Source: Fimbriosthenelais zetlandica
Taxonomy: Eukaryota
NCBI GenBank assembly: GCA_977030845.1
Contig: OZ365114.1
Coordinates: forward strand, 22,196,001-22,260,000
Direction of reading: 5' to 3'
DNA length: 64,000 nucleotides
Within the stretch, counting starts at the first letter, position 1, and every line of letters begins with the position of its first letter. Shown here in pieces: positions 25,346-37,300 of the stretch. A program made the translations under genes and the position numbers. The notes below the pieces were generated by a model. The model saw nothing but the letters and a program-made list of their open reading frames with translations. It searched no databases and was not told the DNA's origin.

Positions 25346-25755
25346 TTCTGGTTCCCCGAGCTACCACTACGCTTATGTGGCGCGGGCTCCGTGGAATAGC
25401 TATATTTAAATCAGGACGTGCTGCTACGTCCGAAAACTGTTCGTTCCAATAGTTGTTCGGAGAAAAGTCAACTAATACGAAACTAAAAACTGGCCGCTTG
25501 TGCCCAAAGCTGTTACGGAAGTGACGTCGGTCATCACTGGTCCCCCATAGTCTATGAGGGGTTTCATGGAAGATTTCGGCTCTATTTCATCAACCATTGA
25601 TAATTAAACATCAGTAGGCTAGAGATGACATTCTACTTATTCTGCGTTGTCACACTAATTTTTAGTTAGTTCACCCTCCGCTCAACCGCGGCGCTAGCGT
25701 AGCATCGTGACCTCATCACGGGAATTCCGGAAGGGAAACCCCCATCTCTGACAAG

Positions 25756-25930
25756 ATGGCGGACGTGGCGGCCAAAATAGCCGATTTGACATTTCAGCAG
25801 TTGAAAAAGCATGAATTACATCACTGAGGGATTGTTGAGATTCCCAAAACAAAGGGAAGCTGTATGACTATATGGCCGTGTGTTTCGAGGAGTTGAGCCT
25901 CCATGTCATTCGTTATTTTGTCCAATAACA
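25756..25930 (+). pseudogene. Interrupted ORF start, probably a transposon 5' remnant
   Basis: CAAGATGGCGG start context, then MADVAAKIADLTFQQLKKHEL / frameshift / SLRDC*DSQNKGKLYDYMAVCFEELSL. Loosely SAP-like; no continuation found. Confidence 0.3.
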
Positions 25931-26340
25931 TCATGAAAACATGGGCGGGAATGGATCCTCGCTAGTTGCAGCTATGGTCTATGGCCTATAAGGGGGCGAT
26001 CATTAGAATACCAGGGGGTGGGGGAGGGAACCAATTGAGTTTTTTTTAAATAAGCAAGTTTGTGCGAATATTGTTTAAATAAATTTAAAAAAAGAGGCGG
26101 GGGAAATAAATATTCTATGGTCGTAGTGGGGACAGATATACAGGACACCGAAAATTGTTGATTTTACATTATTTATTACTTCTAGGTCGCTATTAATTGT
26201 TTCTCATGAATGTTTACAAAACACTATCAAATAAAATAAAAGACACAGGAACGGTATGAGATATTAATCATATGAACAAATCTTGAACCTTTTATTTAAT
26301 ATTATATTTTAACAATGATTCTTAACACGCGACTATAAAA

Positions 26341-26984
26341 TTATCACGAGTAATTACATGACATTATCTGTGTAAGGACGTTTAAAAAGAATTTCCCATA
26401 ACAAGCACTAGCTGTTATAAAGAAGTAATACATAAGATATGCTATCGATACATGTATATGGATATAAGTTATAATTTATATAAACAACATCGACAAAGAG
26501 CGAGGTCCCCACTTCAATGTGACCGTATCTGACCCTTCTTGACCTGCACTTTTTAATTCAAGTACGGTATCATTATCACGAGATATTGCATCATATTATC
26601 TGTGTAAGATTTAATAAGAATATCCCAGAACAAGCTCTAGAACTAATACATCAAATATTAATTGTGATATGGATATAAGTTAATTCATATTATAATTCAT
26701 ATGAACATAGAAAAAGAGCGAGGTCCCCACTTCAATCTGACCCTTCTTGACCTGTACTTTTTAATTCAAGTACGGTATCATTATCACGAAATATTATATC
26801 ATATTATCTGTGTAAGATTTAATAAGAATATCCCAGAACAAGCTCTAGATGTTATAAAGAACTAATACATCAAATATTAATTGTGATATGGATATAAGTT
26901 AATTCATATTATAATTCATATGAACAACATAGAAAAAGAGCGAGGTCCGCCCTTCAATCTGACCTGCATTATTCAAGTACGGTA
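26341..26984 (+). repeat. Tandem repeat, 3 units of ~205-230 bp
   Basis: Units begin ATTATCACGA at ~26341, 26572 and 26780; shared AAGAGCGAGGTCC...CTTCAAT...TGACC...TTCAAGTACGGTA. Confidence 0.9.
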
Positions 26985-28031
26985 GGCCCTACCGTATAAA
27001 AAATGATGAGCATTTAACTAACGCTGCGGACAAGGTGGCACGAGACTCGTGATAATGATAAGTCTGATTTAAATCCTCACAAGAAAACAAAGCTAAACAA
27101 TCTTAATAAACTTATCCCAGTTTTGTGAGGAATATACTTCAAAGTGCAGGCACTCTTGTGGACAAAATGAGGTGCGTTAATTTGGTCAAACATTTGATCT
27201 ATTAAAAAATTGTTTCTATTAAATATTAATTATTGACCGCATATGTAAAGAGACAGGTTCACAAATCAATAAAAAGTATAAAGAAATTTTGAATCTACAT
27301 AAAATGTTTCTTCATTTAGGTTTTACATTGGGGGAATAGCAGGGGAAGGGGAAGAGGAGAGATTGGGATGGTCTGGGAGAAGTGGGATAAGAGTTAGGTA
27401 GCCTGCCTGGCAGCCCTCTGACTTGGTTAATGTTAATAGATTATAGGTTAGTAGTTAGTAAGTGTTAGATTGTAATTGTTGATGGTTTTTTAACGTAACC
27501 TTTCAACGATTGTTAAGTTAGTCAGAGGGCAGGCAGGCATGGGAATCGGAGGGTGGGAGGCAGATGGTATATACCATGTAAAACCAAAAATGAATAAATG
27601 CTACGAAATAAATGCCCCAACTTGTAGTACATGTACTATTGCACCATTGTCTGCACACAAGAGTGTCTACATTATGTCTGATACTCGTGCCTAAGAAGCT
27701 ACTGTTACAAATGATACATCGAGAATTGACGTTTAATTTTACATTTAATTCTAACATTTATAATATAAAGACAGCATCGTAAACTTCCTCTATATAAGGC
27801 GGCCGGTACCGGAAGTCGTATCAGAGCAAGTGTTCCAATCATTGATCACATCATAAATAGTGGAGAGTCTCTAGATCATCTCATCTATGGCTGATCGAGA
27901 GCATCACTAAAATCAAAATCATAAAAAAATACAATATGACTGATTAAAATAGAATAAGGAGAATTTAAAGTGATTTGAACTAAGCGCAACTGAAGCAGAT
28001 CTGCTAAGCTTACCTTGGGTGACTTTTTGCT

Positions 28032-28199
28032 AGTGTTCCAATCGTCCATTCGAGAGTTCCAATCATCAAATCAAGTGTTCCAATCATCTAGTCAAGTGTA
28101 CCAATCATCTAGTCAAGCGATCCTATCGTCCCGTCAAGCGTTCCAATCGTCCAGTCAAGTGTTCCAATCATCTAGTCAAGCGATCCTATCGTCCAGTCA
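28032..28199 (+). repeat. 21-nt minisatellite (~8 units)
   Basis: Units such as GTGTTCCAATCATCTAGTCAA / GCGATCCTATCGTCCAGTCAA; produces the FQSSSQV repeat in ORF 28015-28212. Confidence 0.9.
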
Positions 28200-31000
28200 C
28201 ATCTGTGGTTGATCGAGGTCCATATAGCAGATCACCAGAAACGTTCACCTCGTCAATCACTGAAAAGATACTCAACACACATTGGATTCACGAAATGATC
28301 TAAAATGTTCTAAAAGTCAATCAGAAGGAAAATTCCATTTGGTGCGAACAAACAATATGATAAAAGCTTGGGAAATTTCTTAACAGAATCTAACATACAA
28401 ATACAAACAAACAAAAAGGAAGGCAACAGCGGTACTTGTACTCCAGGTTACTCTAGAAGCCTACATCAAGCTGCAGAACAGCTTCAGAACCTGGCAAATA
28501 GAAACCTAGGAACTGTCAATCCCTGACTCCTAATAACCCTTCCAAACTAAAGTAGAGTTCAAGAGTCTCCTGACGCAGCAAGCCCAACTATCACCTCTGT
28601 TACAACAACCGAAAAAAATATGATTTAAATTTATCAGCCAGAATTTAACTAAAAAGAATCAATTTATACTTAAACAAGTAATCCTGGAAGAAGGGTAACA
28701 GTATCAGGAAGAGTCCATTTCCTGCGTCTTAAACAGCGAAGCAACATGGTGACATGCCAGAGACAGCCTGACAAATAAATAAATTATTAAATGACATACA
28801 AAAAAGGCATCAAACCTTCATTATGAATGGAATGATTATATGAAAGTCTCACCGAGGATCAAGTTTCCTCCGTTCACGGATGAGCCGACTTGTGTCATCT
28901 GAATTTAGTCTTCCAATCGTCCAGTCACATCTATGGTTGACAGAGGGTCGTATATGTACAGAAGATCACCAGAAAAGTCCTCATGATTCACTGCAAAGAC
29001 ACTCAACACAAATGAATTTCACAAAACGTTAAATCAGCGATTAAAATACCAATGAATAGAAGATAAATGCAGAATTGCAATTAGTTTTGGAGAGAGAACA
29101 AAATATGATAAGCTATAATTATCTAGGTACTCTCAAGTGCAAACTCAGGTGCGTTTTAGATACTTCTATTAAATAATGCTTAACCACATATAAGCAAGAG
29201 AAAGATTCACAATCTATTAAATAAGTTTTGATTCTAAATATATCATTTCTTCATTTGGACTTTACATAAATGCTATTGGTGAAGTGTTAGGATAGGTTAG
29301 TGAGTTAGAGAAGTGCAAATAGAACAGTTCTTAAAATGTATGTAAAGTCCAAATGAATAAATGAAATACGAATACAAGGTTACCCAATTTGTTTTAACCC
29401 AAGTAGCCTAGTATAGCTGCACCATTGTCTGCACACAGGAGTGTCTACATTTTGTTGGATACTGTACAATAGATACAATTGCGGAGAATTTACTTTTACA
29501 CAGGAAATGAAGATAGGGAATTAGCATTTATAGAAATTAACAAAGAAAGCGTCGCAATCTTGCTCGATGTATTTAGGGTAGCTTGTAGCACGGGCTCTAT
29601 CATTGCTCATCTACTCTTTCTTCTTGCTATCGTTCCAATCTTTGGTTGACGGAGGAATATTTAGACAGGAGATCACCAGAAAAGTCTTCCAACGAATCAC
29701 TGCAAAGACACTAAACACAATGAATTTCACGAAACGCTTAGTCAAGTATTAAAATTCATTAAAATTTGTTTTAAATATAAAGAAAATGCCTCACCGAGGA
29801 TCGAGTTTCGTCCATTCATAAACCAGCCGACGACTGTCATCTGAATTGACTCTACCAATCGTCCAGTCACATCTATGGTTGACAGAGGGTCGTATATGTA
29901 CAGAAGATCACCAGAAAAGTCCTCATGATTCACTGCAAAGACACTGAACACAAATGAATTTCACAAAACGTTAAATCAACTATTAAAATACCAATGAATA
30001 AAAGTGAAAAGCAAAATTGCCATTAGTTTTGGAGAGAGAAAAACAATATGATAAGAGCTTGCGATTTTAGTTTGAATCCTGGCCAGCGAAAGTTGAATGA
30101 TGAATACTGATGATCCCACTGGATCCCAATTGTACAGAGTTTCTAAATGCAAATTCAATCACTAGATGACAAGAATTGAAGGGGTAATTTTCTCACAGGG
30201 ATGATTACAAGCTCTTCCATGGGAATGTTCATATAGAGAACAAAATGCACAATAAATGATTCAAAGTACAATACGTGAAATCCAGGAAGATGTGGTGGAC
30301 GAGGGACAACGTGTAGTTCCTGTCCCGACAACGAAAGCAGCATCTACTCAGAAGTCAGGGTAATGGAAACTCATCTAAAAGATCAAATCACTTCTCCAGA
30401 TCAAAGTTAAAAGCACAACATTCATTGGTTCCTCATTTATATTCATTCCGGTATAATAATGTTAATCAAGGGAAATAGATTCTATCTTTATAAAGTTATA
30501 TCATTATATAATTATTAAAATTGTAATACAGAAGATTGAGAATTATTAAAAAATGAGACAAATTACAAAGTACAGTCATCTAGTTACCTCTGGGAAAGGC
30601 AAACATTTATCATCAATATTTCTGAGAATCGATATACTTTACTTTCAATCAATGAAAGTCCAGGTAAAACCAGGATCTAAGTCGGAAATTTGGGAAACTT
30701 CTGATTATAATTCTACAGTGTAATATCTCAGAAAGGCAGATGACATAAGGTTTACCTCTCATACTTATCCGGTTTCTTGTTTCAATAAGATCGTCTCTCT
30801 GTTGCTGTGGTTGACAGAACATGGACTGCAAATCTGAAAATACAACTTAAAACCATGCTTAAAACCATGTATTTATCAAGCATCAACAAAAGGAGATGAA
30901 AAAAGATTAAGATTAAGATTAAAATTAAGATAAAAAAGTATTAAAAAACAATGTATTACAAACAACAGGACTTGCACATCAAGTTACTCCAGGACCCGGA

Positions 31001-31107
31001 ATGGAGCTGGCGGACTCTGTGACTCTCATCGCCAAGGTTCCGTCACCTCATCCGGCATGGAGCTGGCGGACTCTGTGACTCTGATCGCCAAGGGTCCGTC
31101 ATCTCAT
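31001..31107 (+). repeat. 56-bp tandem duplication
   Basis: ATGGAGCTGGCGGACTCTGTGACTCT(C/G)ATCGCCAAGG(T/G)TCCGTCA twice. Confidence 0.85.
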
Positions 31108-33685
31108 GCCTGACTACATAAGGGGCTAGGGGCTAAACTAAGATGCCGAGTTCAAGAGTCTCTTGATGCAACAAGACCTGTCATTATGAATGGAATGATT
31201 ATAAATGGAATGATTATAAAAAAGTTATAGATTATTCAAAGTTAAAGATTATAATAAAATAGGCACAAATGAAGATTTGTATTATGTATGAGGTTTTAAG
31301 ATATCGAGTCCATGTTGGTTCTCAGTATCTTGTGGTTTTTTCACGAGTATAGGGGCTAATCTAGATGGAGGATGAATTATCTACACTAGGTCCCCGCTGA
31401 AAAAGAAGGGAAAGAAAACAAGCAAACAACAATGGTTCCTCCCACCACCCCCTCCCCCTCCTGCCTATATAGGGTCAACCAAAGGCACCAGCAAGCAGGA
31501 CCTAGCCTTAGGCCTACTACAAAAGATGCAATCTGTATTTGTATTTTTTGTATTTTAACTTTTGATATATTTTTCAGAATTTATAATGTAATATGTAAAT
31601 TTGCATCTGAGTTAACCATTGGGACCCCAGTACGCCATTCCCCGTACTAATATCAGGAGAAGATAGAAGTGTTAAACTAAGCTGCTGGTGCCATACCCCT
31701 CCACTATCATAGAGCCTGCCAGATAGACGATCCTTCCTATAGCAAAACTAACAAACACAAACTTAAACCAATATTACTATTCAACCGCTGAAAAAGAAGG
31801 GAAAGAAAACAAGCAAACAACAAAACAAATACCAAAACAGGCACAGATAGGCAGGCTCCCCCCAAACAAGTTGTAGTTCTACTCACTGACATCCATACTG
31901 CATTAGAGTATGGAGTTGTCTTGACGTCATCTATTCACAATTTGTGAATTCACGTAGCCTATTCCATAATTTGCACAACACAGCACTTTTTTCACAAATT
32001 TTGACACATTTCACACATTTTTGCACATCCTTTTTGGCACATCCTTTTGACACACTTTCCAGGACACATTCTCCGAGGGCGGTGGAGGGTGGGTGCGGGG
32101 TGAGGGCTCTCATAAGTTGTAATAATTGGCAGCAGTAATTTATAATTGGCTGCCGAAGTAACAACCCACGGTTTGCACATAATTGACAGCCCTGGGAATC
32201 ATACCTGGCAATTGATTTGAAGAAATGAACTTCTAATTCACAACGGGGGGGGGGGGGGGGGGGGGGGGTGGAGGGTGGGGGGTGGGTGCGGGGTCTAGGG
32301 GGTCATAGTCGGAGGTTGAAGACGTCCAGCAATCAGCAATCAGCGACAGGTCCAGCAATCGGGGGTGACAACAGCCTCGGCAGAACGGGAGTTGGCATTG
32401 GTGAAACGGGCCCGATTATTGGCAGAACCGGTCCCCATCATTGGCAGTACAGCCCAGTAACTGGCGAAACTGGCCTCGGTACAACTGTTACTGTTGCTGT
32501 CAGTGTCAGCATTGGTTTGACCTTGAAAAATTAGTTGAACACTCTGCAAAACAAAAAAGGCGAATTAGAAGAAATAAAAATTACAGATCTAGTAGAACCT
32601 GCCTCGACTCCCTTCAGACCCACGTATAAAAAAAAATTAGAATAATAGGCCTATTAAGATAAATAAAAAAAAGGAGAAATGAAAAAAAAACGGAGGCAAA
32701 TCAGCAAAGAAAAGAGAAAGGAATTCTATTATAGAATACAAAAAGGAGAAATGAAAACAAGAAAAGAACTTGTCTAGGATGTGTCATCAAACGTGCTGTG
32801 ATAAATGTAGAATATTTAGATTTGTGTTTATCCTGCAACTAATCCGGCAGGAAAGAATAGAAAGTAAATTGATTGCAAATTTTCTTTTTTCATATGAATA
32901 TATTATAGCACGTTTTCAAACAAAATCAAGGAGAAAGGGTCAAGCTAGGAGGACTTAATAAATGAGAAATAGTCCTGATTGATGAAAATAATCCATGATC
33001 CTATTAAAATAACTAACGCATTTCAACCATTACAGAATAACCTTATTTAAAAACAAAATAAAACAAGGACAAAAGTTCTAAACCCCAGTAAATATATGTA
33101 ATGAATTTTTACATGTAATTGGTCTAAGGAATTTGAAACAGTAACCTATAGCTGGATGTAGCAACAAAATGGTTTCCATTCTGAGTCTGAGTTGTTTGTT
33201 AATATTTGTTATCCAAAAACTAGAGTAGGCCTAAAACTACGCAATTAAACCAGAAATTCCAAATGAATAAGAATGGTTTTTGTTTCAATGTTTCAAAGCA
33301 AACAGAATTCGGAAGGCCTAAAAAAAAGGAAATAGAAGTGATTGATAGGATACTAAATGGAAAACTGCCAGTGTACTGTTTCAAACATTTTGCTAGATCT
33401 ACCTCAAAAAATACACCTATCCTATTAAATATTCTAAACAACACAAATAATTCTCTTCGGTCAATAATATTCCATATAGCCTATGTATTCCATATATCCT
33501 TGGTATGTCCTCTGTATTTGACAAACATAGAAAATACAATGCAAGACAAAACAATATACACGTAGCCTACCTTTTGCTCTAGTGTTCAACTGGCGCGAAA
33601 TATTAACTGACCCTCTATATATAACCTTATGGTGGCATCCATGGAAACGCATCCAGGGGGAGGGTGAACATCCGGGACTTGCCAC

Positions 33686-33889
33686 AGGCGCGTTCAAAAC
33701 GTCGGCGGAACTAGCTAACGCACCGTTCAACATGCTAACGTTCTCTGACGCTTCATAACGTTTTCCATCTTGAACGGATTTCTTTGTAACGTTTTCCTTG
33801 AAAGCGCTTTCCGCAAACAGGACGTTCAATTTTCAGAGAACGTTGTCGCTTGTGACGTTAGCGAACGCTTTGGGTTTTTGAACGCGCCT
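33686..33889. mobile_element. MITE with perfect 14-bp terminal inverted repeats
   Basis: AGGCGCGTTCAAAA (33686-33699) and TTTTGAACGCGCCT (33876-33889); related copy at 25063. No clear target-site duplication. Confidence 0.75.
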
Positions 33890-34357
33890 CTGTAGTTGAT
33901 AATAGTTGTGAGTGATAATAGGGGATTTGGCGGAACAAAGTTGACCGTCCAGTGGCGCCCCCGCCAACTCGTGTACGGCAAACGAAGGAACTAAGATAAT
34001 TGTACAAAGATGTCGGCGCGCGCCGATAAACTCTTCTAACGTCTGTACCAAGAATTATAGTGTAGCCTATCACAGCTAGGTTGTTAAAAAGCGCAATTAT
34101 TTACAACAACAAATCCCTTCATTGCTCTCAGAGATAGATATTTCGATTCAGACCTATCACTATTCTTGATCCACACATCCTGCAGACTAGTAACAAGAAC
34201 AAGGTCAAGGACATAGACAAGGGACTAGCGGACAGCACGCGTCGATCGTTTGGGCACGGCCGGTTTACCAGAGATATTATTTTCACGAAATGTATTCTAA
34301 CTTAGGATCAGGGAAGTGGTCTCTTTTATCTAGATAGCAGGTTATGATTATTACAAG

Positions 34358-37300
34358 ATGGATAACAATCAAGGGAAGAAAGACAAGAAAATGTCATTGC
34401 TTTCACACGTCAAATGGGAGCACTGTGTGGCCGGGGTGACTGGAGGAGTGCTGTCTACATTGGTCCTTCATCCTCTTGATCTTGTCAAAGTCAGATTTCA
34501 AGGTATACTGATCATTGTATAGTTGCTCTCATCACTGCGTCATTATGTCGGTCTAGACAAGCTACCACACTATAGCATCCCCTATAGTAATAATAGTATA
34601 GGCTAGATCTATGTTATGTCTATGAGTATGACCTAGGCCTACGTCTATTTCAAGGTGTGGATTTAGGGGGAGGGGGCGGGCACCTGCCCCCCCCCCCCCC
34701 CGGGCCCCCATTTTTTTTTTAGGTAACCCTAACCCTAATATTAGGATCCGTCCGAGTGCAGGGCGGGGCAAGCCAATTGCAAGGCATTGGCATTGCCCAT
34801 TCAAGGCCAATGGGTGTTATTTGATCTAATTTGTCATCTAAGGCCTACAAATTTAAATTTAGCTTAGTTCTGGATCTGACTAGTTACTTATCTGTACTAT
34901 ATTTGCGAAGATGAGATAATGGCCGACAGTTGTACTGTAGACAAGCGCTGATCAGAGCTACTGATTGTTAAACTGCTGAAAAATTTAATTGTCTCAGATC
35001 TATACCTCTACATTTATTTTACCATAGGACTAGGATAAATTAAAAACTCATTTCTATATATTAGAATATAATGGTTATATAATAGACTTCGAAATCTGTT
35101 TACTCATTTATAATATAATATTAATTCATCTACTTGTATTTTCAGTCAACGAAGGTGCCAGTCTCGCTCCTAATCGACCACAGTATAGAGGGATCTTTGA
35201 TGCACTAGTGACTATAGGACGTCAGGGTGGTGTTCGAGGCCTTTATCAAGGGGTTTTACCTAACGTTTGGGGAGCAGGATCCTCGTGGGGACTTTACTTC
35301 TTATTGTAAGTATTGCCATAGAACATTACCGGATTTTGTTCATGGTTTTATTGATATGAGTCAAACTCATGGAGACCTATCATTATAATAATTTATATCT
35401 TTTATTAACCAAGCTAATAGGGGTTCAGTGTTTCCTATAGACATCGAACTATGTAGGCATATTCTTTCTCAAACCATATTTTGCGAATATCAGCCCACAT
35501 GGGTCGTTTTGAACAAGTATTATTGTCTATATAATATATTATTATTGTTCCTTTCAGCTACAACGCATTAAAACAATGGAATCTGAAAGAACAGAACGTG
35601 GTGGTTTTGAATCCAGGCCACCATATGTTATGTGCTGCCCAGGCTGGGGTGTTAACATTAGTATTGACTAATCCTATATGGGTGGCAAAGACTAGACTAT
35701 GTCTCCAGTATGACCGCCAGGCCGTTAGCAGCGCCACTGATCACCAGTACCGTGGTATGATCGACTGCTTCTCTAAAACTTACAAATATGAAGGCTTCCG
35801 AGGATTGTATAAGGTACTAGACATTACTAGACTACTGGTTGATGAATTTCGTTATTAAAATATTAAATCAATAATTTTTATATTAAATATTAAAATATTA
35901 TATATATTTATTTACAACTTGTTAAAATCATACAAATTTGTATTAATGATCTCTTGAACTAAATGTATTTTTCTTTTGTTTGACAGGGCTTTTTGCCTGG
36001 GATGTTTGGGGTTTCGCATGGAGCCATTCAGTTTGTTGCCTATGAAGAATTAAAGAAGCTCTACAATGGGTACAAACGTGTACCATTAGATTCTAGATTT
36101 GTGAGTATCATCATGTATATTTCTATACTAAGCTGACCATAAAATATTCACACCATCAATTTCATGTATAAAAATTATGTAAGTCCAATATAGTTTCTGG
36201 GAGAAAATTTAAATGTATTTTTACATTGTTTTATTGGATAATATATATAAAATAATGTTTTTCTGTTTTGCAGACCACGTTTGAGTATCTCACCTTTGCG
36301 GCATTGTCTAAAGTGTTCGCCGCCTCAGTAACGTACCCGTACCAGGTGGTGCGTTCACGCCTTCAGGATCAGCACCGGGCGTACCAGGGGGTGACGGACG
36401 TCATCGTTCAAACGTGGAGGTATGTATGTTTTGTTTTTATAGAATTTGAAAATCTTCTTTAAGTCAACTATTTTATTTTAAAATCCTTATTTAATGTATG
36501 TGATGTCTGAAGAACTTGAAAGTTAAGATAGCATCTTCTGTTTAATTAAAATAAAGCTTTTTAAGCGCATCAAATACTGCCAGCCCAGTTATATTATTTA
36601 CCCCCAAAATAGGTATAATTTGTGTGAAATGTATTGGATTAGGAAGTTGTTACTAGGGAGGGATTGTCCGTTTGAGATTTGTGTGTGGGGTGAATGACCA
36701 GCTCAATTTTCCCTGCTCTAGGCGTGAGAAGTGGAGGGGCTTCTTCAAGGGCCTCAGCCCTTATCTGTTACATGTCACGCCCAATATTTGTATAGTATTC
36801 CTCGTCTATGAGCATGTGACTCACACCGTGGCAGCCAAGCGGCGTCTGAGAGAAGAGCAGACGGAGCTGAGTCTCCTCAAACTCAAGCCCCCGGCCTGTG
36901 CGCCGGAGATAGGTAGCCTGCCAGCTGAAACCAACCTACAGACTGACTCAGTGGAGTTATGATGTTAAACTAGAGCTAGTCAGTTAATGAGAATTATATG
37001 CTACATTGTTACAAGGGTAATACACAAGCTGCAACGGTCTCCTGTCAAAAATTATATCCATCTTAGAGATGGTCTTTGATAATTATAGCGAACATTAACT
37101 ACAGGTACATGTACTTCATAGTGCAATCCACCATAGAAGTTATAGGCCAGCTGTGTGTCATCCTGTAAGAGCTTATTTTACTGGTTGTATAATCTTGCTG
37201 AGTGCTTCAATTTTCTCAGCTCGATTTTAACTGGGGATCCGATAGGTAATTAATGATTCAATTATATTGTGCAATTATGAACCTTCATAATATTTTCTAC

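Larger units (their letters stand above)
27160..31220 (-). repeat. Array of diverged duplicated modules with exon-like borders
   Basis: Homologous blocks at 27160/29140, 27580/29340 and 28190/28850/29660/29790, plus 28440-28840 vs 30960-31220. Minus-strand AG...GT-bounded units at 29932-29795, 28990-28853 and 28259-28014. Confidence 0.7.

Noticed and set aside
26341-26984. Tandem repeat considered as a CRISPR-like array
   Set aside because: Whole ~210-bp units are homologous with no unique spacers; eukaryotic context with no cas genes.
26978-26996. Hairpin TACGGTAG-GCC-CTACCGTA as a Helitron 3' end
   Set aside because: No CTRR terminus at the expected distance and no matching 5' TC end identified.
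34660-34740. G-run/C-run palindromic stretch in SLC25A32 intron 1 (similar at 3810-3910)
   Set aside because: Looks like a common short GC-rich non-autonomous repeat; boundaries and family cannot be supported.
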